Source: Minisyncoccota bacterium
Lineage (GTDB): Bacteria > Patescibacteriota > Minisyncoccia > Phycocordibacterales > UBA9973
Direction: 5' to 3'
NCBI GenBank assembly: GCA_041664745.1
Contig: JBAYKD010000001.1
Coordinates: 106,551-170,550 of the forward strand
DNA: 64,000 bases
Below are positions 17,664-27,612 of the stretch, piece after piece. The position numbers and the translations under genes are program-made. The stretch's first letter is position 1. Every line of letters starts with the position of its first letter. The notes below the pieces were generated by a model that saw only the letters and a program-made list of their open reading frames with translations, was not told the DNA's origin and searched no databases.

Positions 17664-19010
17664 TTAATATCCTTCATCAGTTAACCTTTCATCTATTCTA
17701 TTCATATCTCTTGGGAACATACAAGCTTCACGAACGTTCTTAAGTCCTAAGAGTTGCATTGTGATACGCTCCGCTCCAAAAGCAAAGCCGCCTTCAGGTG
17801 GAACTCCATACTTGAATGCCTCTAGAAACATCTTAACTTTGTTAGGATCCATATTCCAAAGCTTCACATGTTCTTCTAACTGTTTTGAATCATTAATTCT
17901 TCTACCTCCTGATAGCCATTCTACCCCGCGACAAATAAGATCCATACCTTCATTATATTCTGGCTCATCTGGATTGGGATAAATATAAAATGGTTTCTTG
18001 CGAGTTGGATATCCATAAATAAATACAAAGTCTGATCCAGTCTCTTTTTTGACTATTTCACAAATTTCTCTTTCATCTTGAGTATTTGTATCTTTCTCAC
18101 CACGTACATCACGACCATAAACTTCAAAAATCTTTTGTTGAACTTCTCTTAAGGAAAGAGTTGGAGTTTTATCTATCATAGTTGGTAATTCTATCCCAAG
18201 TAATTTAATGTGTTCACTATTCTTTTCTTCAACTTTTTTCAAGATGTGCTTAACTGTATTCTCGGCCATATCACGTACATCAGTCCAAGAATTTATGAAG
18301 GCCATTTCTGCATCAAGAGAAACAATTTCTGTAAGGTGTCTTGTTGTCGATGATGGTTCAGCTCTGAAAACTTTGTTTACAGAAAAGCATCTTTCAAAAG
18401 CGGACATGACTATCTGTTTATAAAGTTGTGGAGATTGAGATAGATATGCCTTCTTTCCAAAGTAGTCGATTGAGAAAACTTCCGCCCCTCCTTCGGCGGT
18501 AGCAGGAACCATACTTGGTGCTTGGAATTCAAAGAACAAATTTTCCTTCATGAATTCACGGAAAGAATCAATAACCGTTTCCTCTATTTTAAAAATAGCT
18601 TGTATTTTAGGCTGTCTTAAAATCAAAGCTCTATTGTCTAGCTCTGTAGTTAATTCTAGATTGTAACCTCCGAGTGATATATCAAATGGTAATGGAGCGG
18701 CTTCGGCTAAAATTTCAATTTCCATTATCTCAAGTTCAAGATCACCATTTAAAACTCCTTCTTTGATATTTCTTTCAGGCCTTTTATTTACTTTCCCGTT
18801 TACTTTTACGGCAAATTCTTTGCGTAAAGTCTTACCAACTTCTAATGTATCTATATAGTTTGGCAATATAACTCCTTGAACTATTCCTGTCATATCGCGA
18901 AAGTCCAAAAAAATCATTTTACCTTGATCACGCCTGACATCAACCCAACCAGAAATGGAAACCGCCCCACCGAGAAAATCTTTTAAGTCTTTTATATAAG
19001 TACGTTGCAT
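17664..19010 (-). CDS. aspS: Class IIb aspartyl/asparaginyl-tRNA synthetase, short archaeal-type (probable non-discriminating AspRS)
   Basis: 448 aa with N-terminal OB fold and class II motifs (FRAEPSSTTRHLTE, GGFAFGAERI). gatB is present in the window, consistent with the indirect Asn route. Confidence 0.75.
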   Translation of the reverse strand: MQRTYIKDLKDFLGGAVSISGWVDVRRDQGKMIFLDFRDMTGIVQGVILPNYIDTLEVGKTLRKEFAVKVNGKVNKRPERNIKEGVLNGDLELEIMEIEILAEAAPLPFDISLGGYNLELTTELDNRALILRQPKIQAIFKIEETVIDSFREFMKENLFFEFQAPSMVPATAEGGAEVFSIDYFGKKAYLSQSPQLYKQIVMSAFERCFSVNKVFRAEPSSTTRHLTEIVSLDAEMAFINSWTDVRDMAENTVKHILKKVEEKNSEHIKLLGIELPTMIDKTPTLSLREVQQKIFEVYGRDVRGEKDTNTQDEREICEIVKKETGSDFVFIYGYPTRKKPFYIYPNPDEPEYNEGMDLICRGVEWLSGGRRINDSKQLEEHVKLWNMDPNKVKMFLEAFKYGVPPEGGFAFGAERITMQLLGLKNVREACMFPRDMNRIDERLTDEGY

Positions 19011-19046
19011 ATATTTAAATAATAATTTAATAATAAAAAAATAAAA

Positions 19047-19262
19047 CTAATGTAAATTTTTAGCTATTAGGAATTCATACGGCACAGAAATAATGAAAGT
19101 AATAGCAACTAGTATCCAATAAAAAGGTGTGAATAAATACCAAACTACCTTATCTTTTTTCTTTTGTGCAAAATACCACTTTTGAACCTTTGTGTGAATT
19201 ATGTTTATAGGCCAATATATAACCCCAAATATTACTGTAAATAATATGCGAATGTATTTCAT
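19047..19262 (-). CDS. Small 2-TM membrane protein (71 aa), hypothetical
   Basis: ORF with two hydrophobic segments lying between aspS and trpS. Confidence 0.35.
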   Translation of the reverse strand: MKYIRILFTVIFGVIYWPINIIHTKVQKWYFAQKKKDKVVWYLFTPFYWILVAITFIISVPYEFLIAKNLH

Positions 19263-19265
19263 AAA

Positions 19266-20273
19266 TTAAAAATAGTTAATTTTCATTGCTTTTTTAACTT
19301 CGGCCATTGTTTCTTGCGCGACAAGTCTCGCCTTTTTAGTACCTTCTTCTAAAATTTTCATAACCTCTTCTGGATTTTTAGCCAATTCTTCCCTCTTTGT
19401 GCGTATAGGACTTATTAAATTTTCAAGTATGTCTATTAATCTCTTCTTAATAACAACATCTCCCAGCCCTCCTTTCTTGTATTGCTTCTTAAGATCATCT
19501 ATCTCAGCTCTATTAGAATCAAATATATCTAAATAAGTGAAAACGACATTACCTTCTACTTTACCAGGATCTTCCACATGAATGTGCCCGGGGTCTGTAT
19601 ACATATTCATAACTTTTTTTGAAATTTCATCTTTGGTATCTGAAAGATAAATTGCATTATTGAGAGACTTACCCATTTTAACTCCACCATCTATCCCTAC
19701 CAATCTTCCAGTGCTACCTGTCATGTGCTTTATATGACTAAATGTTTCCCCATAGTAGCGATTAAAAGTATCTACAATCTCATTGGCTTGTTCGATAACA
19801 GGAAGTTGATCTTCACCAACTGGAATCAAATTTGCTTGAGCAAACAAAATGTCTGCTGCTTGCGAAACTGGATAGCAAAGAAATCCAGCAGGCACATCTT
19901 CACCAAAACCTTTTTGCTTCATCTCATCTTTAACCGTGGGATTTCTTTTGAGTCGAGCAAGTGTAACTAGATTTAGAAAAATGACTGTGAGTTCAGCAAT
20001 CTCAGGAATTTCTGACTGGATGAACATTATCGTCTTCTTCGGATCGAGCCCACAAGCTAAATTATCAATTGCAACTTCAATAGCATTATCTCGGACTTTT
20101 TGAGGATTATTGGCGTTATCTGTCAATCCTTGAATATCGGCAATCATATAAAAAGACTTATCTGCCTCATTTTGAAGTTTTACCCTATTTTGAATAGATC
20201 CTACGAAATGACCCAAGTGAAGTTTGCCTGTTGGACGATCGCCTGTAAGCACTATTTTTGATTCTTTTGACAT
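19266..20273 (-). CDS. trpS: Tryptophanyl-tRNA synthetase
   Basis: TGDRPTGKLHLGHF (HIGH) and KMGKS motifs. Start set at the internal Met MSKESK. Confidence 0.9.
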   Translation of the reverse strand: MSKESKIVLTGDRPTGKLHLGHFVGSIQNRVKLQNEADKSFYMIADIQGLTDNANNPQKVRDNAIEVAIDNLACGLDPKKTIMFIQSEIPEIAELTVIFLNLVTLARLKRNPTVKDEMKQKGFGEDVPAGFLCYPVSQAADILFAQANLIPVGEDQLPVIEQANEIVDTFNRYYGETFSHIKHMTGSTGRLVGIDGGVKMGKSLNNAIYLSDTKDEISKKVMNMYTDPGHIHVEDPGKVEGNVVFTYLDIFDSNRAEIDDLKKQYKKGGLGDVVIKKRLIDILENLISPIRTKREELAKNPEEVMKILEEGTKKARLVAQETMAEVKKAMKINYF

Positions 20274-20366
20274 TCTATAATAATACCAAATAAACAGAAG
20301 TTTTGCACATATTACGCACATATTTATCCTAAAATAGACATTGCAATAATAATTACTGTTGCTACA

Positions 20367-21761
20367 ATGGGTTCTATGACAGATAAAAAATCAAACATTC
20401 GTATCCCTCCTCAGAATATAGATTCTGAAAAAGCAGTGCTTGGATCCATCATGCTTCGCCCAGGAGCAATACATGAAATTAATGACATCATAAATGTTGA
20501 TTCTTTTTATGTATCTAAGCATGCTCAAATTTATAAAATAATGCTAGAACTCTCAAGTAAAGGAGATCCTATCGATTTACTTTCAGTTTCAAACAAATTA
20601 AAAGAAAAAGGGTTGATAGATTCTATCGGTGGAAATGTTTATCTTACAGAATTAAGTAATGGAGTTCCTGCTTCTACAAACATTAAATATTACGCCGATG
20701 TTGTAAATAAAAAACATCTTTTAAGGAAAATAATTGATGCTGGTTCTGACATTTCAGAACTTGGTTTCAAAGAAGAAGTTGAAGATGTTTTTGAAGTTCT
20801 CGATCAAGCAGAAAAAAGAATGATGGGAATAAATAACAATATGTCTGGGCATGCCTTCACGTCAATCAAAGATAGTTTACCTGAAGCATGGGAAAGACTT
20901 GAGAGACTTCATGAAAGTAAAGGAGAACTTCGTGGAGTATCAACTGGCTTCCATGATCTTGATCAGTATCTCTCAGGTCTTCAAAAGTCTGACCTTATTA
21001 TCTTAGCGGCGCGACCTTCTATGGGTAAGACGACCTTGGCGCTAGATATTGCCCGCCAAGCAGCCTTGGGACAAGGTACTCCGACCATTATATTCTCTCT
21101 TGAAATGAGTACACAACAACTTGTAGATAGAATGCTAGCTGCTCAATCACGCGTAAATGCATGGAACCTTCGTACTGGTAATCTTTCTGCTGAAAGTGAA
21201 TTTGCTAAAATTCGAGACTCACTTGATAGTTTATCCAAGGCTCCAATTTTCGTTGACGACCTTGCTGGTAACTCTATCGTTCGTATGCGTTCTGTTTGTC
21301 GTCGTATAAAGGCTGAGCATGGTTTAGGACTTATTATTGTGGACTACTTACAGCTTATGTCCACTTCCAAGAACTATGACAATATGGTAAATCAAGTGAC
21401 TGAAATTTCTCGATCATTAAAATCATTAGCAAAAGAGTTTGATGTGCCAGTTTTAGCTCTTTCACAGCTTTCTCGTGCAGTTGAATCTCGTGGTGGCAGA
21501 CCTCGTCTTTCCGACCTTCGTGACTCAGGATCTATCGAGCAGGATGCTGACATTGTGATGTTTATTCACCGTGAAGATAAAGGTAAAGATGAAAGTGAAA
21601 AGACAAATATCGCAGAAATATTAATAGAAAAACACAGAAATGGTCCAGTCGGTAAAGTCGAATTATACTTCGATGAGAAGACAACAACTTTCGTTTCTAT
21701 AGATAAATCTGGTGTAAATAAATTTGCTTCACCTACTGGTGGCGCAATTGATCAATTTTAA
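20367..21761 (+). CDS. dnaB: Replicative DNA helicase DnaB
   Basis: 464 aa with DnaB N-terminal domain and RecA-like core (Walker A GxxGxGKT: ARPSMGKTT). Confidence 0.9.
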   Translation: MGSMTDKKSNIRIPPQNIDSEKAVLGSIMLRPGAIHEINDIINVDSFYVSKHAQIYKIMLELSSKGDPIDLLSVSNKLKEKGLIDSIGGNVYLTELSNGVPASTNIKYYADVVNKKHLLRKIIDAGSDISELGFKEEVEDVFEVLDQAEKRMMGINNNMSGHAFTSIKDSLPEAWERLERLHESKGELRGVSTGFHDLDQYLSGLQKSDLIILAARPSMGKTTLALDIARQAALGQGTPTIIFSLEMSTQQLVDRMLAAQSRVNAWNLRTGNLSAESEFAKIRDSLDSLSKAPIFVDDLAGNSIVRMRSVCRRIKAEHGLGLIIVDYLQLMSTSKNYDNMVNQVTEISRSLKSLAKEFDVPVLALSQLSRAVESRGGRPRLSDLRDSGSIEQDADIVMFIHREDKGKDESEKTNIAEILIEKHRNGPVGKVELYFDEKTTTFVSIDKSGVNKFASPTGGAIDQF

Positions 21762-21768
21762 TTTAAAA

Positions 21769-22383
21769 ATGAACCCAATAGATAAACTAACTGAATACTT
21801 TAAAGAATTCCCGGGGATTGGCGAACGCCAAGCCAAGCGTTTTGTATATTTCTTATTACACAAGAATCCAACTTACGTAAAAGAACTTGGAGATAAGGTT
21901 CTTGATTTGAAAAATACTATTCATCAATGCCCTTCTTGTTTTCTTTTCTTTCAATCAAAGCAGGATCAACTTTGTGATGTGTGTAGTAATCCTAAAACGG
22001 ACAAGACTTCCCTTCTCATTGTAGAAAAAGATGCAGACTATGAAAATATAAAAAGAAGCAAAAATTACAATGGCATGTATTTTATCCTAGGTGGGCTTGT
22101 ACCAATTGTCAGTAAAGATACTCCGACTTTTGTCCGTACTAAGGAATTAATTCGAAACATTGAAATGGAAGCTAAACGTGATGGACTTAAAGAAGTTATT
22201 ATTGCATTATCTCTCAACCCTCAAGGTGAACATACGGATATGTATTTAAGAGAGCTTCTTATTCCTTTACAAGGTAAATATAATTTAAACATTGTCTCTC
22301 TTGGTCGTGGTCTCTCAACCGGCACAGAGCTTGAATACTCTGATAGTGAGACGATCAAGAATGCTCTTATAAACAGACAATAA
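21769..22383 (+). CDS. recR: Recombination protein RecR
   Basis: HhH (FPGIGERQAKR), C4 zinc finger (CPSC...CDVC) and Toprim domain. Start at ATG 21769. Confidence 0.85.
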   Translation: MNPIDKLTEYFKEFPGIGERQAKRFVYFLLHKNPTYVKELGDKVLDLKNTIHQCPSCFLFFQSKQDQLCDVCSNPKTDKTSLLIVEKDADYENIKRSKNYNGMYFILGGLVPIVSKDTPTFVRTKELIRNIEMEAKRDGLKEVIIALSLNPQGEHTDMYLRELLIPLQGKYNLNIVSLGRGLSTGTELEYSDSETIKNALINRQ

Positions 22384-22386
22384 TAC

Positions 22387-22421
22387 AAAAAGGTGTTAGC
22401 ACGAAGCTAACACCTTTTTAT
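22387..22421 (+). terminator. Bidirectional rho-independent terminator (GGTGTTAGC acga GCTAACACC + T-run) between recR and the convergent small gene
   Basis: 9-bp perfect stem with flanking A/T runs. Confidence 0.6.
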
Positions 22422-22450
22422 TATTACTAAAAGGAATTTCTGACATACTT

Positions 22451-22726
22451 TTAATTTTTTAAATGATTGTTTTGTTTTTCCTTAAGAAGTTCTATTGCTT
22501 TTTCAGCATCTTTTTCGCTGACCATGATTTTAAATACACTAAGATCCGAAGATAAAGCAAATTTAATATCAGCATCATTGATGATTTTAGCTGCTTCAAG
22601 ACTTTTCTTTTCAGCAAATTTCCATTCAGGATCACCATATTTTGCAGGAGTCCTTATTTCATGAACAACAACTCTATTTTTGAGTTGAACAAAAACTACT
22701 TGATTTTCTAATTTTTCTGTTTTCAT
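22451..22726 (-). CDS. Hypothetical protein (91 aa) downstream of rplU, at the position normally occupied by rpmA
   Basis: Clean ORF. Not L27 and not a Prp protease by sequence. Confidence 0.4.
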   Translation of the reverse strand: MKTEKLENQVVFVQLKNRVVVHEIRTPAKYGDPEWKFAEKKSLEAAKIINDADIKFALSSDLSVFKIMVSEKDAEKAIELLKEKQNNHLKN

Positions 22727-22816
22727 TTTTTAAAGAGTTATTAAATATATTGGTTTTAATTAATTTATTTATTTTTTCTTCACATTATAACTTTCAGGGG
22801 TTTTAGTCAAATAGAA

Positions 22817-22844
22817 AACCAGCCCCAATTTCTTGGGGCTGGTT
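22817..22844 (-). terminator. Hairpin terminator after rplU (AACCAGCCCC aatttctt GGGGCTGGTT)
   Basis: 10-bp GC-rich perfect stem just 3' of the rplU stop. Confidence 0.55.
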
Positions 22845-22851
22845 TGGTTTA

Positions 22852-23214
22852 TTATTTAATTGCGGAGATTTTGACTTCTATGAATGGTTGGCGGTGACCG
22901 TTCTTCTTCAAGTATCTACTCTTTTGCTTGTATTTCACCACTAGGATTGTTTTATTCTTTCCTGCTTTTTGAAATAGTGATTCTACTTTTGCGCCTGTGA
23001 TATAAGGAGTTCCGATTGTTGTATCTACTCCGTTGTCTACAAGTAGGACCTTATCAAAAACAATTTTATCTCCTGCTTTAAAGTCTCCTTCAAGTTTCTC
23101 TACCTTAAGTACATCTCCAACAGCAACTTTATATTGCTTTCCGCCTGTAAAAATAACGGCAAATTCCTTATTGTCTCCTACTTCCTTTTTTGTTGTTTTT
23201 TTCGCTGTTGCCAT
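22852..23214 (-). CDS. rplU: 50S ribosomal protein L21
   Basis: FAVIFTGGKQYKV N-terminal L21 signature; 120 aa with an N-terminal Lys-rich extension. Confidence 0.85.
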   Translation of the reverse strand: MATAKKTTKKEVGDNKEFAVIFTGGKQYKVAVGDVLKVEKLEGDFKAGDKIVFDKVLLVDNGVDTTIGTPYITGAKVESLFQKAGKNKTILVVKYKQKSRYLKKNGHRQPFIEVKISAIK

Positions 23215-23281
23215 ATATTTATGTATTAATAGTAAACCTTTTATGTATAGGCTTAACTACGAATATCATAATACACAAAAG

Positions 23282-23310
23282 TTGGCAAAATTGCAAGTAG
23301 CACGTATAAT
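23282..23310 (+). promoter_or_regulatory. Sigma-70-like promoter for cysS: -35 TTGGCA, 17-bp spacer, -10 TATAAT
   Basis: Consensus-like hexamers with ideal spacing about 15 nt upstream of the cysS ATG. Confidence 0.5.
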
Positions 23311-23324
23311 AGAGCTATCAATAT

Positions 23325-24548
23325 ATGACTTTAATAATAAAGAACACTTTATCAAGCGAAAAAGAAGTTTTTAAACCAATTAATGAGGGTAAGGTTGGTT
23401 TATATACTTGTGGGCCAACGGTCTACAACCATCTTCATATTGGGAATTGGCGGGCTTATGTATTTACTGATTTACTTAAAAGATATTTAAAATATAGTGG
23501 GTATGATGTCCTACACGTCATGAACATTACAGATGTGGAAGATAAAATAATTCTTGCAGTTATAGAACAACATAAAAGTTTAAAGGAATTAACAGAATTT
23601 TATACTGAAGAATTTTTTAAAGACAGAGATGCATTAAACATAATACCTGCAAATTTTTACACAAAAGCCACAGACTATATAGATGAAATGGTTTCTTTAA
23701 TTAAGAAGCTCGAAGAGAAAGGCTATGCTTATAGGACTAGTGATGGCTCTGTTTATTTTGATATTAACAAAGACAAAGAGTATGGTAAGCTTTCTCATTT
23801 TAAACTTTCAGATTTAAAACCTGCCCGCCCTCACGAGGGAGCAGGCGGGGAAGATGCTAAGGGTAGACTAAAGAAAGATGAATATGAAAAAGAAAATGCT
23901 CAAGATTTTGCACTTTGGAAAGCATGGGTTCCCGAAGATGGAAATGTATTTTGGGAAACTGATCTTGGTAAGGGACGCCCTGGTTGGCACATAGAATGCT
24001 CAGCCATGAGTATGGATAAATTGGGAGAGAGTTTTGATATTCATACTGGAGGTGTGGATAATATTTTTCCCCATCATGAGAATGAAATAGCCCAATCAGA
24101 ATGTGCTACAGGAAAGATGTTTGCTAAATATTTTATGCACAATGAACACCTTCTAGTAGATGGTAAAAAAATGTCAAAATCTCTTGGAAATTTTTACACC
24201 CTAGAAGATTTAATAAATAAAGGCATTGATCCAATAGCCTTCCGACTATGGTTGTATACTTCCAGCTATTCTACAAGAACAAACTTCACTTTTGAGGCTG
24301 TAAATGGGGCACAAACAGCCTTAGAACGCTTAAGAAAGGCATATTTAGACCTTGGAAACGATATAGGAACGGTAAATATAGGCTACAAAACCCGTCTTAT
24401 TGAATATATGGACGATAATCTAAACACAGCACGAGCTTTATCTCTAGTTTGGGAGATTCTAAAAAATAAAGAGCTCTCTTCATCTGAGAAGAAAGCCACA
24501 TTACTTGATTTTGATAAAATTTTTGGTTTTGGTTTAGATAGCCTCTAG
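23325..24548 (+). CDS. cysS: Cysteinyl-tRNA synthetase (short form, 407 aa)
   Basis: CGPTVYNHLHIGN (HIGH) and KMSKSLGN motifs. Confidence 0.9.
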   Translation: MTLIIKNTLSSEKEVFKPINEGKVGLYTCGPTVYNHLHIGNWRAYVFTDLLKRYLKYSGYDVLHVMNITDVEDKIILAVIEQHKSLKELTEFYTEEFFKDRDALNIIPANFYTKATDYIDEMVSLIKKLEEKGYAYRTSDGSVYFDINKDKEYGKLSHFKLSDLKPARPHEGAGGEDAKGRLKKDEYEKENAQDFALWKAWVPEDGNVFWETDLGKGRPGWHIECSAMSMDKLGESFDIHTGGVDNIFPHHENEIAQSECATGKMFAKYFMHNEHLLVDGKKMSKSLGNFYTLEDLINKGIDPIAFRLWLYTSSYSTRTNFTFEAVNGAQTALERLRKAYLDLGNDIGTVNIGYKTRLIEYMDDNLNTARALSLVWEILKNKELSSSEKKATLLDFDKIFGFGLDSL

Positions 24549-26192
24549 CTCCATATAAAATTCTGATCCTTTATTCAAACCATCAGACTCTACCCATACT
24601 TTACCCTTATGGGCTTCTACTATTTGTCGTGCAAGATATAACCCCAATCCAGAACCTGTGGTATTCATACGAGCACCATCGCCACGAGCAAATTTTTGGA
24701 ATAAGCTCGCTTTGGTTTCTTGTGTCATTCCCATTCCGGTATCTTTCACACAGAATACAACTTTCTTCTCATTCCTCTTAACTGATACATTTAAACCGCC
24801 TTCTTTTGTATATTTAATAGAATTATCGATAAGGTTAATGATAACTTGCCTAATTTTTTCTTGATCACCATTTGTCATACACAATGGATCTGATTCAAAA
24901 TTTAATTTCAATCCTTTTTTCTCTGCTGTAATAGAAAGATCTTTTGCTTCATCTTCCACAACTTTTGACAAATCAAATGGAGCCATCTCAAACTTCATAC
25001 CTCCCGATTCTATTTTTGTAACATTAAGCAAATCTTCTACAACTATAGTAAGATTTTTACTTGATTGGTACATACGATCAATCGCCTCCTTGGCTTCTTT
25101 GCTCAAATCTCCATAATCTCCATCCATAAGCATAGAAGCATAACCCTTAATAGCTGTTAGTGGACTTCGAAGTTGATGCGAAGCAAGCGAAACGAATTCT
25201 GTCTTAAGCTTATCTAAACCCTTTAGTTTTTCATTGACACCAAATAACTGTTCTGTGAGTATTTGTAATTGTTCACGCTGCATAACTTCTTGTTTAACTG
25301 ATTTAATAAGAATTTGACCCAAAACTATAATACCAACGAAAGTTATACCGTTAAGTATCATATTTGTATTTGATTTGATAAAGAAAAATTGAGAACCAAT
25401 AAGTATGGCCAATCCCCAAACTAAAGCTTCGGTTGCAATTAGTTTGACATTAAAAGTTTTAAAACGAACCATAAGAATACTAAGATAAATCATAAATATT
25501 ACCATTCCAAACAATCCATATATTTCAAATTCTGAATCAGGCAATAAATCAATCTTTGTGAGATATGATGATAAAAATACCATTGTAAAGAAGGAGAATA
25601 AAAATAATTCTATGCCTGTCCCCATTAAAATTATTTGTTTTTTAAAATCAGGTGTTGTTCTAAGAGATTTACGAATAAGTAAGATTAAAATCCAAATCAT
25701 CGCTATCACACCAAGAGAAGTATAATAAAATTGAAATGGGATTTGTTCAAATTGAAATGCATCACAATCAGTTATATTAAAACCACCAAGATTTAAATAA
25801 GAAGGAGTAAGTAATATTATTGGAAGAATTAATGTAAGAAAAATTATTTTAAGTTTAATAGAGATGTCTTTTTTTTCTAAAAAAACATAAGTAAAATATA
25901 TACAAAATATAGCAATTAATCCTAAAATTATTCCAGAAAAATTCCAAACGAATATTATAAGGTCACTGTGAATATTAGTCCATTGAATAAGAGTAAATGT
26001 TGTCCAAAATGAAAAAAGTATAGATATTACAAAAAGCAGTTTATTAATTAAAAGATGTCTGTCGCTTCTATATATATAGATACTAATAATAAGAGAGATT
26101 ATTGTAGCTGGAATATGCGCATAATATAATAATCCTGATACATCAGGTGAAAAAATTAAATAGGTTGGTTCTGGAAATAAATAGCAAAGCAT
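24534..26192 (-). CDS. Sensor histidine kinase with polytopic N-terminal membrane sensor domain (HisKA + HATPase_c); no adjacent response regulator
   Basis: H-box SHQLRSPLTAI and N/G1/G2 boxes (DNSIKYT, DTGMGM, GSGLGL), with about 8 N-terminal TM helices. Confidence 0.85.
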   Translation of the reverse strand: MLCYLFPEPTYLIFSPDVSGLLYYAHIPATIISLIISIYIYRSDRHLLINKLLFVISILFSFWTTFTLIQWTNIHSDLIIFVWNFSGIILGLIAIFCIYFTYVFLEKKDISIKLKIIFLTLILPIILLTPSYLNLGGFNITDCDAFQFEQIPFQFYYTSLGVIAMIWILILLIRKSLRTTPDFKKQIILMGTGIELFLFSFFTMVFLSSYLTKIDLLPDSEFEIYGLFGMVIFMIYLSILMVRFKTFNVKLIATEALVWGLAILIGSQFFFIKSNTNMILNGITFVGIIVLGQILIKSVKQEVMQREQLQILTEQLFGVNEKLKGLDKLKTEFVSLASHQLRSPLTAIKGYASMLMDGDYGDLSKEAKEAIDRMYQSSKNLTIVVEDLLNVTKIESGGMKFEMAPFDLSKVVEDEAKDLSITAEKKGLKLNFESDPLCMTNGDQEKIRQVIINLIDNSIKYTKEGGLNVSVKRNEKKVVFCVKDTGMGMTQETKASLFQKFARGDGARMNTTGSGLGLYLARQIVEAHKGKVWVESDGLNKGSEFYMELEAI

Positions 26193-26195
26193 ATA

Positions 26196-26660
26196 TTATT
26201 CTTTTATTTTATTATCTTGTAAAATATCTTCTCCAGTAGAATTATTTGAATTATCTTTATTATCATTTTCTATATTTATTTCTTCTATTTGTTTTGAGCA
26301 AATATTACTATCTATTTCTGGGTCACAGTAAGTTATAGAACAATTCCTGTTATTGGGAAGGCATACGCTAGCAGTTTCGCAGTCTGTTATATCTTCCCCG
26401 CATTCATTTTTTAAATCAGGTGCATATTTTATTACTTGAGAATAATAATATTCTTTTGTGCAGGAATCATCTTCACACCCCACGAAACATTTTTTTATAG
26501 ATGGATCACATACTCCTTCATATCCAATTAAATAATCATGATTAATAAAAAATCTATAAAACGAAATAATACTAACTATAATTATTAGTGGAGTAAGAAT
26601 ATATGTTAAAAGATTATCTTTAAAATTTATATTTTTCATTATGTTATATAAGTATAACAA
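26196..26660 (-). CDS. Cys-rich (10 Cys) membrane-anchored extracytoplasmic protein with acidic C-terminal tail, hypothetical
   Basis: N-terminal TM helix followed by a Cys-rich domain. No homology recognised. Confidence 0.5.
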   Translation of the reverse strand: MLYLYNIMKNINFKDNLLTYILTPLIIIVSIISFYRFFINHDYLIGYEGVCDPSIKKCFVGCEDDSCTKEYYYSQVIKYAPDLKNECGEDITDCETASVCLPNNRNCSITYCDPEIDSNICSKQIEEINIENDNKDNSNNSTGEDILQDNKIKE

Positions 26661-26694
26661 AAATTAAATAATATGTTAAATTTTAACATTATTT

Positions 26695-27609
26695 TTACAT
26701 AAATAGTAAATATGTACCAATTCCAGTTAAAATAATAGCAATAATTTTTGTCCAAATATGTCTCTTGTTTATTTTCTCAACTGCTATTTTAGGAAAGAAA
26801 ATAGTTAAAACTATGCCTATAATTAAGACAAAAATAGACTGAAATGAATCAGAGAGTAGAACCAATGCAACAGGAGCTATTAATGTAGCATAAGTAAAGG
26901 CTAAACTACCAATAACATATAAAAATTCATTTATAGAGTTTAAAAAGAGAATTTTTTTTGAATTATTTTTAATAGCTAATATAAAAGTTTTTCTATATGA
27001 ACTAATAAATATAAAAATAATAATACCTATTGTTAACATCATAAGATGTTCCCAAAAAAGTGATCTTAAAAAATTTTCTTCAAGAGCTACAGCTTTAAAT
27101 ATCACCGATTCAAGTGCCCAAAAAAATGATGCAGCCAACATTGGTAAAATAGTTTTTTTACGGAGTTTAAATTTATTATCGGAATCTATTTCAAATGAGA
27201 CTATTGTTGTGCCAGATATTATTATTATCATAGCTATTATTTGTAATTGTGTAAGAGTTTCTCCAAGTATAAAATAACTTAATATATATCCAAATACTGG
27301 CATAAGTTGATAAAATACAATAGTAACCGAAGCCTCTTCGTTTTGAAGAGCTATAAAATAAAATAATAATACCAATACATTTAAAATTCCTACAACTGCG
27401 AGTGCAATAATATGTATACCACTAACACTAAATACTGTTTTATCTGCTAAATATATAAACGGTAAAACAAATATAGAAAATAAAGATGAAAAAAGAAGAA
27501 GCGTACCAACTCCACCATTTTTAAAATATTTTTCTAAAAGAAATTTATCTATATGATTTGTTATGGCATACATTAATGGGCCTATAAGTGCAATAAAAAA
27601 CCATAGCAT
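26695..27609 (-). CDS. EamA/DMT-superfamily transporter (10 TM)
   Basis: Duplicated EamA-like 5-TM halves, 304 aa. Confidence 0.7.
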   Translation of the reverse strand: MLWFFIALIGPLMYAITNHIDKFLLEKYFKNGGVGTLLLFSSLFSIFVLPFIYLADKTVFSVSGIHIIALAVVGILNVLVLLFYFIALQNEEASVTIVFYQLMPVFGYILSYFILGETLTQLQIIAMIIIISGTTIVSFEIDSDNKFKLRKKTILPMLAASFFWALESVIFKAVALEENFLRSLFWEHLMMLTIGIIIFIFISSYRKTFILAIKNNSKKILFLNSINEFLYVIGSLAFTYATLIAPVALVLLSDSFQSIFVLIIGIVLTIFFPKIAVEKINKRHIWTKIIAIILTGIGTYLLFM

Positions 27610-27612
27610 ATA

